Part shown: positions 37,501 to 52,297 of the stretch, in pieces | How the letters are laid out: the number at the start of each line of letters is the position of its first letter | Position numbering within the stretch: position 1 is the first letter of the stretch | Source of the DNA: Balanoglossus misakiensis | Taxonomy: Eukaryota; Animalia; Hemichordata | Direction of reading: 5' to 3' | Assembly (NCBI GenBank): GCA_040954595.2 | Contig: CM082596.2 | Coordinates: forward strand, 6,708,791-6,772,790 | Length of the DNA stretch: 64,000 nucleotides | Notes under the pieces: model-generated | Seen by the model: the letters and a program-made list of their open reading frames with translations, nothing else | Databases searched by the model: none | What the model was told of the DNA's origin: nothing | Program-made: the position numbers and the translations under genes

Positions 37501-40500
37501 ACACCCACTGTCTGTTGCCATGGCGGCCATTCAATGGAAGTTTCAGATGGCTGCAAACAGGATTTTTTTAGGATCTCACACGCAAACCCACAGGAGTGAA
37601 CGTTTCCAGGCATCCCACGGACCTATTTACCAACAATGGCCCGCCTTTCACACGCCAATAATACCAACAGCTCGGCTTGTAATAATGCCAATATCACCAA
37701 CAGATCCTCCATTATCCGTTAGCTCCAACAGGACACAGTAGACACAATTATCAGCTCTGACGACGGGATTAGTAAACATGCTAGAAATCACGGCGTCTTG
37801 ACGTCGCGTTCATGATTATCTTTCGCCGAGACGCATCTGCACGTGGCAACTGAGCATTCTTTAGGTGCCAGCGTGTGTGTGCATTAAAGGGAAAATACAG
37901 AACCTCTTTCTAAGGCTGTGTAAACAATGTCACCTGATGAATTATCGAAGTGACACTAATATTTGCATTTAGTCCAGGCATGCCTCTGTGATGTGTACTG
38001 AAGAGTTTGAGAGTACCTGATTGCAGGTGTACTGACAGGTATTATGTCGCTAAAGCTAAGATTAGCATATGATCTCTTTGGAATTAGATGATTTTTCATC
38101 CATAATTACAAATTGATGCCGCAACTGACAACGCAAAAAACTATTTGGCACTACGCTAAGTGTTAATGTTGTGTCAACTTGCCCCACTGGAGTGACGTTT
38201 CATGCAAAATAAATCTTTCCGATGGCATTTCTTTGCCGTGGTTTAATTCACATCAGAGGAAATAATTTGCACTCTTCGACATCAAATTCAGGGACGGTTC
38301 CTGTTCAACTGGAACAGGACACCTCCTGAATGAACACGCAACTATCAACCAATTTACCCACTGGCATCCAATTTGCAAAGTTCACAGCTTTTCCGTTGGC
38401 CGACGCTCAAAAGCTGTGCACGTCGCACAGAAAGATAATTATCCTCACTACACTACCGTTTTCTGCTAACCTCTTAGCACTTCAGGGCTGCCATATTTTT
38501 TGCAGCTATTATCGATGATACACTACCGGACCAAATCATCTCATTTATTTTTTATTTAGCGAATTGTGATGATCGTACGTGACAGTTTATACCACATCTG
38601 GAAAATCTGACCGATGTGCTGGATCTCGTTGTAAAATAAAAATTACAATTTTCCCTGAATATTTCTGTTCAGATCAATCTTTTTAATGGTCAATTCACAG
38701 AGCAGCAATAGACTCCTATTTTTAGTCACTGAGTTATAGTCCATCTACATTTTATGTCCTTAGAAAAGGAATGATTAACAACAAATTTGGACTGAAATGA
38801 ACTCTGATGAAGACAGGCCTTGAAAATGAAAATCTACCGAGACAGGGCAGACTATTGAGCCGACATAAAGTCATATAAATTTCTTTAGAGCTAAAAGTTA
38901 AATGATCTGACATAAATCCAAGTTAACAATGCTATTTTTATCTCAGACACCTTCCAATGTAAAAAAAATATGTGCAGTTACATTTAATTTTATGAATTTA
39001 CCGGTGTACTGATTCAGAATTCAATAATAACACCGTGCACACACACTTTTGACATTTGGCAATGCTGCAGGATCAACCTGATGACATTTTGCAATCAGAC
39101 GAAGACATTGTAAAAGGAATACGTCATTACACTTTGGAAGAAGCTCACAGATCATGCACTGATCGATAACAGCGGGGCATTCTTTTTATGGCTTACCACA
39201 TTGCCGTCCAGAATATACTGTTGTGTCCACCAAAGAACACGACAAATTATACAGGGAAATAGTAAAATGTTGAAGACCCCCGACATGGGAACTTTAAACG
39301 TGAACTGAAAATTGCCCTAAGATGGCATCTCCCCTGAGACATGTATAATGGTTGCATCAGCAGGTGACCCAACACGCAGTGCTCAGAGACAAGTCGACTG
39401 GAATCAGTTTTTTTATTTCTTCGGAAGTATGCGTAGAATATAGATTTTGCTACATTTTGGTGTGAAACGCATATTGCATCAAAGTTTGAACGATATCAGA
39501 CCATATTCAGCTGTGTGCTAGCTCGTTATGGGACAGCTCATCAAAACACCAGTACTGTTATATTGACACTCCAACGCAACATGGTGTCCATCATAATTTG
39601 CATACTAAACTCCCCCGTGAGAACAGACCGATTTAAAAGTCTACCTGAAAAGTAGGTCAATTTATTAATAATGACGCATCGCATTGCACAGTGCCAGCAA
39701 CAGATCAAACTGCGGACCGACACAGGAAAATGTGTGCGCAACCATGTGATCATAATGCACAAAGCACTGGGAAAGGTACACCTCCGGAATTCGTTTGAAA
39801 CAAGAAATCCTGCCAGATAGGGCCTTTTATCCCCCCAAGATATTACATTTACATTGTATTGAGCACTGTGGGAAGGTAAACATTTCTTTCCCTGCTTTGC
39901 TGGGGCACTGTACTTCTTGTCGCTGTGACTCTGAAACAGACTGCACGTTTCACATATGTGACGTGAAAGCAAGGGACATCTTAACCACCATTTCACCCAA
40001 CAAACCAAACACACGAACAAAACCCAAACATATGAACAAACCACAAAGGAAGCAGTACCAAAGATAGATTTCCCATTACAGAAGAACAAATGAGACCTCA
40101 TACTCAGATATTGATTTGCACATTGCGTCAGTGTGTGTATCACATGTTCGCTCAGTTCAGATGGTGAAACTATTGACGCACTGGGCCCCTTTGTTTAACT
40201 CCTTTTGTTGAAAAAAGAATAACACCCACCATATAAAACGATAATATTTGCTATCAGCAGTTTACCAAAAGCCTTTTTTTTGCACTATTGGTCACTACGT
40301 TTTTATAAATCCCACAAAACAGATGGTGTGTACATGTGGTGTTAACAAAAGCCAATGATATAATACAGAGTGATACTGAATATATTTCAATGTTCAGATG
40401 ATAAAAATCAGGCAGAACAAAATTACAGCTCACTGAGGGACTGATGTATATTTAATGAAAGCTGTCCTCAAAAATCAGATCTTTTCCCACCGGTAATCTT

Positions 40501-43500
40501 CCGCACCGAACACGGAAAACGCCCGGAGCGAACAAGCATTTAACTATAAACCATGCTATCTCTGTATTCCCAGACAAGATGCAACGGAAAACTCTCCATA
40601 AAACGAGACTTGAGTACCGACGAAACCAATCTGAAAACCCAGATAAGACAGCGCCGATCATTAAAATGGCCGTTCAGTGGGGCTAAAAGCAAGGCCAGTC
40701 AACCCACCACACCTTAAGACACCCGAATAATGAGATAACACGAACACACAGTATTGGCACATTACCTCAATCATCGGAAATGTACACGCACATCACAGTC
40801 GAGCGATGCATGCGCAGATTACAAGAAAACAACCTTCTGTCGCGGTAATTACAGACAACACGACTGGGAACCTTTATCTTGATTACACACACACACGTTT
40901 ATCCCGTGTTTAAACTGAATACGATCACAGACACATCTGTCACTGTGAAACACAGATTTATAAACGGCAGCCAGCATGATAACTTTGGAGAGTTTACAAC
41001 CAAGGTTATTTTCTGGATTCAGATAAAATCTGAAGCAGCATGTATTTGGTAGTTTTGTATGGGCAATCCTGCTCAAACTTCATTACATTTTACTATCTGC
41101 AAGACGAAGACTACACAAATTTCTAGCGAGCAGAGTTATATCTCTTTAAGTCTTATCAGTACCGAACTACACATTCATCGCAGACTGAGTTTCAATAAAA
41201 GTACAGTATATTCAATGCTCGCATTAAGCTCGCGCTGAGAGCAAAATTTCAGAGATAGAAATTACAACTGCCTGCGTCCATGCAGGCTACTACTTTAGAC
41301 TAAATCCAAAACCTGAAAGCCTTCTGCATATAGAAAACAATTCATCAAAAAATTGTCTACTCAGTCCTGCTTGGGGAGTTTCATTTAACCCATCAAATAG
41401 ATATGCAAATCGGGGATTCTTTGCAATGGCTGAGTCAACAGCTGGGGCCTGGGGCTTCCCTGACATTCAGATGGGCTTAATGGCTAAATAAACTCGAGAT
41501 ATGCCAGCCAGACATGGCACACAAGACACTATAAAAAGAAAAATAATGAGTTGGGCTTACATTGTAATACACAGAGAGCTGGATTTGCGATGGAAAGATA
41601 TTCAAATCTCTGTCTCGGTGAAAACGCGCACGACTTCAACCACTGAGTTTCCATCAGAAAATCTCGCATACTTGATACAAGTAAAATACAATTCTGAAAA
41701 ATTGCTTTCAGAAACCTATTTTACACCAACAATACGAGAGCTGGCTGAGCACATTCGTGACCGCTGACATGAAGATCTGCTTTCCAGTAAAAAGAAACCG
41801 GGAAATATGAGTGGCTGGCAATGAGAGAAAGTGTCACCTTTCTCCCGAGTCAGTTCCCCGATCTGAGAAAGTCGTGCTGCGAATACATTAGCAGCACAGT
41901 GAACAGCCCAGGAATCCCTTCCCACAACAATGGTCGCATTACATCTCGTGTGAGATTTTTTCTCAATTGCTTCACTTCTCTGGTTTAGACTGCTTTTCAG
42001 TACAATCAATATCATCTGGGTTGTTCTGTCACATTGAAAGTGCACGGCTTGCCAGAAAGTCAATTTTTTCCTCATTTCCCCAGGAGCAGAAGGATACATA
42101 ATACTACAAATATATCAAGCAAAATTATGCACGTCTCACTAGTTCCGTAGCAAAATCGCTGCCTTAAGACAAGTATCCAATTTTAAATGCACCCTTTTTA
42201 CACACCACCTGCAAAGCAATGTACTTTCATAACTATTCAGATATACATCCTTTTGAACTACCAGTATAGTTTCCAAACATCATTTTGAAAATTGCAGTTT
42301 TTTTCCACTATACTAACCATTTAACAGTAAAACAAAAAGCCACTAGAATTATAAATATGCTACACAAATACATGTACTTCAGAGGATGCTGAGTATCGAC
42401 TGAAAAGGGGGTAGTGCACCCCCTCCCCTCCCTCCAAGCTGCCCGGTATATTTTATGCTCATTCACGGACCAATTTGCATCGGCGCTTGATAGAAGGGCG
42501 AGTAGTCACTGATGTTCATTTGGCTTATAAAGCTAGATGTTCACACATGCCTCCCCCCAAATTAGTACCAGTACACTTATTTCCAATCTGAAATACACCT
42601 TGTTACAGTGGCCGCCTGGGGCGGAAGTGGCAAGGCAGCTAAAACATGCTGGTGTCACGAAGCAAGCGTAAGTGTTCTGCGCATGTTCTGACTAGTATGC
42701 CCTCTGAACAACGAAAACCTCAGGGACCTTTCAGAAATTAAAGAACACTCTTCAGGCCCGAAAGTTTACTGGCTGGCACCACGAGAAAAGAAGTTATTGC
42801 CAATGACATAGTTCCCGCTAGATCAAGCATCAGAGGAAATTATGGTGGAATGAAGTCAGACATGTCGGCAAATGGGAGAGTTTCTACCGACGTCTTAGCC
42901 TATATCCATGATATGCAGTGTACTATAATTCATAGTACACATAATATTCGAACGAAATCAGTCAAGGCATGTCTGTCTAATAGCTCGGAAAAGACAGACC
43001 CACAAACATACAGAGCCTACTCTATTAGTCCCCCTGGATTTCGTCTGTGGGGACTTAAGTTGCTGGGTTTCTCTGCAGAAAGGAGAATTGTTGAGAGGCC
43101 ACACTGGACTGGTGGACACACTGTCTTATACAACCAGAGATATCACTGACGCGCTCAGTCTCTGTCCACTCAGCCATGTCGATCAAATAAATATCAGCAA
43201 ATAAAGGCAGCCATGTCAGCAAGTCAGACACTGGGCATTTTATGCGTGATTGAGAAAAATGAGAAAATTATGAAAGTAAAACTAATGTCCATGTATACAT
43301 ACATTTTCCTTAACAAACCATATTACAACAGAAGCAGCATGGTAAACCTCATACCTGTATGTTTGGTCCCATTATCAGCCCCTTTTCAATCTACATTACA
43401 CATAATAACTTTATGTTACAATATGGTGTGCGAGATAACAGCATTAAGGGCTTATTAGGCAATGTTATGATTTCATCACATCCATCAAATACTGGAAGGA

Positions 43501-43685
43501 AGCCATATTTTCTGTGACAACAACAGATTAATGGGTTTTGGCGGATTGTAATTGAGGTAATGTTTGGTAGAAGTGTGCACTCACATGATCGCAGCGTTCC
43601 ACAAACACACAATCTTAAAATGCAAACAAAATCACAGTATGGAAACAAGAGTTTGTCGATAATCAGGATTTTTTTCGGGGTTTAC

Positions 43686-43796
43686 CTTGTGATCAAGGAT
43701 GTAGTATAAGATGTGTGCTGGGCATTCTGGCATCACCGGGTAGTAGGCGGGATTCGGGCCGTCGTGACAAATGCAACAGCAGCAGCAAATTGGCAT
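43686..43796 (-). CDS. PPP1R9A: Predicted alternative first coding exon: MPICCCCCICHDGPNPAYYPVMPECPAHILYYILDHK
   Basis: GCAATG start, donor AAG|gtaaac in phase 0 (compatible with core exon 1), inside a CpG-rich patch. Confidence 0.6.
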
Positions 43797-45059
43797 TGCA
43801 TGACCAGCAGGAGAACTCAGCCGCCGGAGATGATATAGTTTTGCGAGATCAGTGAGAGCTGATGTCGTCGAGAGAAAAAAACGTTTCACGGCTACATCGG
43901 TATCGCCGGGGTAACCTCGGCGACGCAACTTATCCTCGACGTGGCGAGGAAATCACTGGCTGGTTTGTGGGTTCAGTTCTCTGAAATCCAGTGGAGCATC
44001 ATCCATCTGCAGAACTGCCCAATCCCCATCCTTTTTTTCCTTCAAATTCCTCTTACTGTTTCAAATCGGTTCAGTACACCACAAATCCATTTTTCCTTGA
44101 AATTTTTTTCCTATCGGCAGTCATTAACGCCCGGATACAAAATTCCCCCTTTTCCTGGATTCTCCGGTACTAATCCGCCGATGTTAGTTTATCCGGTATC
44201 ACACTCTGCTGGGGACAGCGGCCATTGTTAAACCAACAGCTCGGCACAATATCCACAGATCGCCGGGGATTAGCTGCACCGCGGGTCAATAGAATGAATT
44301 TGTATATTTTACGTGCACACTTCCAAAGAGATTTTGATGCCACTCAGTTTGATAAGTGCTTTCAAGGTCACACTCGGCAAATGAAATGTTCTGACACCGA
44401 ACAGCCCCACCACAAGGCTGCCATAAACGCCGGCCAGAGGGGTTCTTCTCGGTAATCTTGATTTCCGAAAGCAATCAAGAGAGCATTCTGTCCTTGAGAG
44501 GTAGCAGCCTCATACTTCAATGCGAAGGACGTGATATTCGCCTTTCGCTCTGGTGTGGCAGGACTTTTTGTTGGTACTGGTGCACACTACTCCATAATTT
44601 CCCTCACAGATCAGAACGCTTCTTGTCAATCACGCCTTGACTGGAACAGAAGTCATGTTTGCATTACTGTATCTACTATGGGTCCACACCGACAATGTTT
44701 TTGTATTCTAAGCACAGCGTTGAAGTCAGACAGGCAATGTTTGCGAGGTGAAATATGTGCTCTCTAGCAGGCGACATCCCCAATGGGACAGAGCACAGCC
44801 ATCGTCACCATCAGGGAAACACAAAACCCTGAACGGAGAGCTGGGGTGATAAATTAGAAGGAACAGCGTCTGATTATCTCACAGGCAGTCGCGAGAGCAT
44901 CACACAGATTCATCCCGTCCGTCGGAAACAAAACACCGAGTCGCCGTACAGAAAACCTTCACCAAAGAATCATTCAGCGGGCACTTGAACAGAGAAAGCT
45001 ACGCAAGCTCACCGCAGCGAGAGTCACGTCGACGCAAACAGCTGATGAGACACAAATGA

Positions 45060-45067
45060 TGACGTCA
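45060..45067. promoter_or_regulatory. Perfect CRE (TGACGTCA) in a CpG-rich patch
   Basis: Motif match ~50 nt upstream (minus strand) of a GCG|gtgagc donor. Confidence 0.35.
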
Positions 45068-48000
45068 CCACACAAGGATCAGTGGATGTTTAAGGACACG
45101 GGAAACGTGAGCCCACACACATGAAAAGAAAAACATGCATGCCTACATGTTTGACATTAACACGCAAAGCACTACGACACTGAGACACAATAAGAGAGAA
45201 AAAAAAATCTAAATTCGAACAACCATAGGACACACTAGGATGCTTCAACCATGTTGTAATACAGAGTGATAACCCATTTCTCAGAAACAAATATCAGTAC
45301 AGTGAATTTTCATTAAAATTGCAACTGAAAATAATTACTGAAGGTGACAAAAGGGAAAAATAAATCCATAAATTTATAGATATACATTGTAACATTAGTT
45401 TTTGAAGTTGCCTGAGCACGACGATAAGAACTTGACACGAATGCCGAAATAATCAATTAGCTGATTAGCATGCCTGACCTAGAATTTCAAACATACGCAC
45501 CTACACATGTTCAAGTTTACGCATAGAGCAACCAGTACTATCCACGCCATTACTATAGAAATGCAAACTCGACAGCCCTGTGTTGCAGCACCTCAAATCA
45601 TCTTCATTTTAAATTTTACATGTACACAAAATTTGAGTTGAGCTACACTTAACTTAAGCCCTGTGAACTGTATTTCAAGAAAATCCGCCTTCAAACTGTA
45701 ATACTGGCTAATCAATATTAATAAATTTCAAACACTCACGATGCATCAACAGAATGCAATACACCAACATGTTACAGATAAAAGTGTTTTTGACATGAGA
45801 AGTTTTCCTTACACATGCATTCAGACTTCAACTGTGACAAGCAAGTGGTGATGAACACAAAATAGCTTTTGCGAGATTCAGAACAGTTTGGGATGATGAC
45901 AAGTTCTCATGACACACAAGCTAGCACAATTTTCATACATCTGTATTCAAAAAGACCTCTATGTCATATACTTTCTGAAGGTGACTTCAATTCAAAGCAC
46001 TTGAGAATTGACAGGCAAAAGTTAACAGGTTTTTTCCAATGCGCAAAATACAAAAATGCGCTGCTGTCGTTTCATATCAAGATAACTTTCAAAGGTCAGA
46101 TGGTGAAATGGTTACTTTGAGCACTGAGATAACAAAGCAAGATGCATTTTGCTTCAGTACAGTCGGTGTCATCAAAAGTCAAGAATTCATATCTTCACGT
46201 GCGGGCAGCAAATACATGCTTTTTCTAATTTACGAACCCTACACTACAAAACCGTTGTTACGGTGCTTATCAGGTAGGTACGTTTCTGACTTCTGTAGGG
46301 TGTTCTGGGAACTTGCTACAATCTTGGCCTGTGCAATATGAATTCAAATCCAACAAAGCACTTCTTTGCTGTAATACTGTCGTCATCGTCGAACGCAACA
46401 ATTGGCCCGCCCAAGAGGTGATTGAAATTCTTATCGCGGAGAACGATTATACGCGCGATCAACGCTCCGCACATTAATAAAACAACACCAAGACAATGGA
46501 CAGATAGTGTGAGGAGAAATTTGGTTAAGAAGACTGCTTTTCCACAGTTACGATTTATTCCCACTAGTCACTCTTCTGTCAATCATCTCGCTTTCAACGT
46601 ACATCCGTTCCAGAAATACGACAATGTCGGAAGCAATAAAAAATGTTTTCTTAAGTACTCTAAAGTTATATGTCAGTTTTATTGCATCTGTTGACTGCAA
46701 CGAGTTGACACATACACTTTGAGATGCTTGAGCTTTTTGTTGCCTTTTATTTTAATGGATTTTCAGTTTTTGCGGACAAAATATTTACAGACGAATCACT
46801 ATGCGGGTGTGTTGTACAGATAAAGAGAGGTTGCATCCGATTTAAATCGGGCCGTATGATTTGCCGTAAAAACATGCATGGCAGATATTCACAAGTATTA
46901 ACATGCAGAGTGATGCCTCAACAAACAACAATCCAACGAACGACAGTTGCATAATGGAGGTCACAACCTGACTTACGGTAAAACCTACTCATGTGGCCGC
47001 TCATTGCCCTTTACAGTCAAATCACTAGAAAATTTTTTTACTCAACATTGTGAATTGAAGCAAAGGACCCCATTTTAAAAATAAAACAAACATACGGTAC
47101 ATACATTTAAAGGAACAGGACAGAAGGCTTTTGATCACAAAATTCTCTCTTTTTTAATCAAATAAAAATATGATGAAATCATAATTTTTTTTAAAAATAT
47201 GAAACACAGATACGACAGTTTTACTTTTCGTGTCTTCATAATTCAATGCCTCTTTTCAAAACAAATGATGGCAATTCTAAAAAAAAAATTCACCAAGGGA
47301 AAATGAAGTCTACTCTATCTATACAACAGAACAGCAGCACCAGCCATAACCTTTGAGAATAATTATTGATCTGTGATTACGGTGTCACACAACATTGCAT
47401 GCACACCATTATCATTGCTTAATGGGCTACGTGGTTGTAACCATCTGCCTCTTTCAACATCTATCATACATAAAGATCAATTACCTGTTGGTGTATGGCA
47501 GGGATAATCTTACATGTGCTTTATTTATACTCTATAAAACGTCTCTGCCCGTACTTGGGGAGTCCTCACACGTGAGTAGATATTATTTTTTCAGTAAATA
47601 TTACTTCACGCTAATGACATCGTAAAATGTTCTTGTTAGGCGTTTCTGTTCCTCGATAAATTTCGCAACAATGAAAACTGATGTTCAACATTAGACGCTG
47701 TTAGTAGAATGAACTATCATTTCGAAATGAGCTCTATCTTTTTAAAACTTGACACAGTAGAGACTTTGCCCACAGTAATCCGTAAACGGAAATATCAGAA
47801 ATACACATCAGGCGAAAACCCGACAATTGAGAATTTCGTAATGCTTTGGGGACAGGAACAAGCTGTGAAGACAGAAAATTCTGTTTGCGAAATGTTATGG
47901 CAACGGGTTTGAAAAAGTAATCCAGCTCACACTAACAGGGCTTTATGTCTACTTGCTATCATTTTGAAAATTTAAAACCAGTGAAGATGGCTGACTTGGG

Positions 48001-50760
48001 TTGTGCGTACATGAGTATGGTTAATGGTTATACACGACACACAAATGAGTATATATGAATGCACATACATGTACATATCATGTTGCCTGATTGCATTGAA
48101 TTTCAATATGGGTAATGGTATTGTTGCTCGTTTTTCATTTCTGTTTTCATATGTCTGGTGTACTGTATACTACACATTCTCTACTTGCGCCAAGTGGTCT
48201 CAATTTGCATGCAAGAAGAGGACTTGAACAGTCGCATCATATCCAACCCTGTCTACCCCCCCCCCCCCCCCCCCACCTTCAAGTGCACTCACCCAATCAT
48301 GTCAATGCAGGCAACAGGAGACAACCAAAGTTTGGTGGCCAAAAGGTGCATCTTCAGAGACTAATTAAACGAAAATGCTTAGAAAAAATGCTTACTGCTG
48401 AGAAGTACTTCCGTTCAGAATGGTACAAGTCAACCTCAACGAGCAGAGTTCAAGAATCTGCTACCGTTTCCTTGTGAGGTCATTTCCTTGTAATTATTAA
48501 TCATTAAATGGACATAAAGTCATCATCTGTTAACATTACTTGACTGATTTTTGGAAACTATGATAATTTATTGATGATGTCCTGCATATGTGATAATAGA
48601 AAATTTATTGTCAAATGATAACCCTTTATGACAAATTTGTCTGTAGACTAATATTGAGCTTGACGATAAATTAATGAGGGCATTTCTATTCATCAGTTCA
48701 AGATAAACGATACTTTCATTTTAGCATAATTTATCTTTTGCATTCATAAAATGCTTGTTTTTCATTTTGTCAGAACATGCATGAGAATTTGTGCACAGGT
48801 TATAGCCCAGTGGAGATAATCTTCTTTCCTTGCACAGTTGTATCGTGCATCATTTACAAGTTTACCTGAGGACATCTCTCCTGTCTGACTTCATTGAAGA
48901 GGCTCAGGGCACACTATCAAATATTGATCCCTTAATTCACAATTTAACACGGCACACACAGAGCTTAATCAAAAACGCTCATTAGATAATGCACTCCATC
49001 CTTCTTTACTGGCGACTTCGTTTTGTTTAATCGACCACGAGACGGGCATTTTGGGTGTTTTCTTTCTGTTTTTTCTTCTCGCGACTAATGCCTTCCCGAC
49101 GGACACAGCGATCGAGTTTGACTGCAAATTACCCAATCTTACTGTCGTTTGTACTCTCGACAGGAAATTGCAAACCAGACAAACCTATTTCAGTCACAGA
49201 GCTAGCCATTCTCTCCTGTTAGTTTTCTAAATTTAACCCTTTCAACGCTACAGTCAACTTCTCGTCTTTTTTCAAAAAATAAATCCTCATAACTTTTTCC
49301 ACATTTTGTCTCAAATTTTGATTATGTCCTGAAGAAAATCATGACCACTTGGTCTAAAATTAAGGGAAACAAGTAAGGAAGAATGGGTGAAAATTTTAAA
49401 CTGTTGCAACAGAAGAGAAAATTGGTGTTTGTGACAGCTACATGTTTCTGTGAAATGATCAATAATCTGGGTCATCATTTATATCATTTTTATAAAAATT
49501 CCTGACATCCATTTGTCACAATTTTACACCGTAAATAGCCATAAAAAGGCAAGCGTTAAACAATTCTGCTCACACGAAAATATATTTTAAAGGTCTACAT
49601 ATGAGGTTGACACCACTGGTTGCAAACTCATAGCCTGTTATTCGAATACACTGATCAGCGCCACACTCAATAGCCAATTCTCAAAATACAATTATTAATT
49701 AAATCTTGCATGGGGCACAGCTGTTTCCTTCCCTTCTCATATCCTTCTATTTTTTTTAAATCATGGCTAATTTCGTATTCTGCACGACATTGCAACTGAG
49801 GAATAATAATAACACAAGGGGGAGTTTACTAACATATGGAAATCTAACTTGAATACCGTTACACAATGAATAAATTTGCATTGTATTCTCCCACATAAAA
49901 TACCAATTCCCTGTGAAGCTACTAACACACTACCTAGCATGCGTGAACTTCAATGGCCAGATTACAATTATTTAAATCATGATTCTTAAAAACCTTATCC
50001 TGAAAATTTTTTTTACACTTATTCTGTAAACAGTGGTGGTGAATCCTTCAATGTGGACGAACAGCTGTTTGGAAATCCCATTACAAAAATCCTAGCATAA
50101 CCTTCTGTCAAATCGTTTTTTCACACGACAGTACAAAAACTGCGTAAATCTGAGTACATTTTAGGTGAAAACATCAACTGTTTCCTAATTCGCTTACAGT
50201 TAGCTCATACATGGAAAAATAGTAGTTTCCCTAACCACTGATTGTGAAAGCAGTTTTCAAGTTTGCAATAAAGCTAGTTTGAAGCATCCTGATGTGTGTC
50301 CGCCAGTCAAAACGATAATGTTACAATACCGAAACGAAGGGCAGTGATTCGTCAGGTTTGTCCAAGCGGACAAAAACTCACCAAGAACAGGGCATCCAGA
50401 CAAGATACACACAAATGCAGTGGCTTACCGTGGCTCTCCACAACTGATCACAATCACGAATACATTATACGAAAGCAGCTACATGTACATGGGTTAGCCG
50501 TATTTTTCAACTGTGAAGCATGTGCTACATAAGGACCGCACAAGCCCGTACCATCCCACAAGGGAGAGTACACAACACAAATTCGACGTAATCTCATAAG
50601 CGAAGCACTTCCAATACCAAATTATCTGGATGTCTCAAATGTGAAGAGCCGGCAGATGTGAACTATCTATCATAAGAGTCCACTGAACTGGAAAACAAAC
50701 ACACACACTCACAAACCCAGAAGTGCAGGCACCGATGCCCATTACCGACATACACGAGAA

Positions 50761-50768
50761 TGACGTCA
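50761..50768. promoter_or_regulatory. Perfect CRE (TGACGTCA) in the CpG-rich patch 50700-51050
   Basis: Motif match only. Confidence 0.3.
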
Positions 50769-52020
50769 GCTCAGACCAAAACCGACTGAAGAACAACTTA
50801 CAAAAAAACAAGTCGTGGTCTTTTCACCGCCACGCGACCGACGTACGTCTCACAAGAAAGACCACACTTGCAACGGCGAGGACAAGCACCTGGTTCAGCC
50901 ACTCACACTCGCGTATGCACAACCACCGACCGACGGAAAGAGTCGCGGAATTAACCTTCGTTGAACCCGTCCCTCCAGGTGCCTCTGTGCGGTGCTTCTT
51001 CAGGCGTGTCGCGCCACCGTGACCGACTTGCAACCGGGAGAAACGACGACAGTGTTTCAGTGCACAGGCTAATCAACTGTACCGGTATAAGACACACATA
51101 TAGCACTGTGCAGTCCTATACTTCACCTGGTTTGTGTGACTACACGGAGCAAACCAAAACACACTGGGTTGTCAGCTACATTGTACAGCAGGGATTAAAA
51201 ACAGAGAATTTTTAATCTGTTTCTGACATTCAACCATATGTACATAATTAAAAAAAAACAGATGGAAAAATCTTTAATTAGAAAATTCAACACAATATTC
51301 TCTAGACTGCTAGTAGTTGTCCCTCCAATACACCCCTGCAGAAATAGTGGACTTGTCCTTGGTTATTTTACAATGCACTGGAGACTAAGCAGTAAGCAGA
51401 GCCAACTACATGTATTATAATATTTTACTATTTCTGCACTGTTACAGTTCAGAAGAAAGAAATCAGTATCACTATCTCAGACTTTCAAAGGGAATAAATA
51501 CCCTTGTGAATTTCACAAACTGCCTTTAAAATGACAAAACTCAGGGAAAAGATGGCCCTGTTAGTGAGCCATAGTGAGTGTATTCTGAAGAACATTTCTC
51601 GATATTCTTTCCAACCACAGTTCCACCTAAACTCGCGGTCTATGAACCCTTCACAACAACTCTGAAAGCCGAGACGCACACCCGCACTGCAGAAAATAGC
51701 TCTGGCAAAATGCGCTGGGATAATTTATCGCCATGGTAACGCAAGAGGGAAAGGATGTGCGACTGTGTAAAGCAATTACCCCCAGTTTGTACCGGTACGA
51801 CTCGCGTGACGGCAAACTTTTCCTGGAGAGAAAATTGTGGCGAGCAGGCGACCGCCACCGGCATATCAATGAAGACCTGCACCGAACAAACAGGGATGAT
51901 AATTTTCTTCTTATAATGTAGCCTACATACACAGCCAATTGAGAGACAGATTAATGAATTTTTCATCTCTGTGCTGCTTTTCCTATAAATATAATATGAA
52001 GTCGTAAATTGCCATGAACA

Positions 52021-52297
52021 TAAAGCAAAATCCTTTTTTTCATCATCATACAACTCTCAGAGGGTAGCATGTTAAAAACTCTTACTACAACGTACATGTA
52101 ACCTTTGTGTATCTATCTATCTGTCTATCTGTCTGCCTAATTGTCTAAGTCTCTCCTCACACATATTCATGTATAAAGATGAAAATAAAGCTAATCCTTT
52201 TTTCATCATCATCATACAACTCTCCGTAAGCAAGTGGCGTCTTCAACTGTTCTCTATCTATATGTCTGTCTAAGTCTCACCTCACACATATTCATAT
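52021..52297 (+). repeat. Older degenerate tandem duplication (~165-bp period)
   Basis: aatccttttttcatcatcatacaactctc and tgtctaagtctc.cctcacacatattcat each occur twice. Confidence 0.65.

Noticed and set aside
39541-40143. Longest ORF in the window (200 aa)
   Set aside because: Non-ATG start, Cys/Trp-rich random-like composition, no homology recognised
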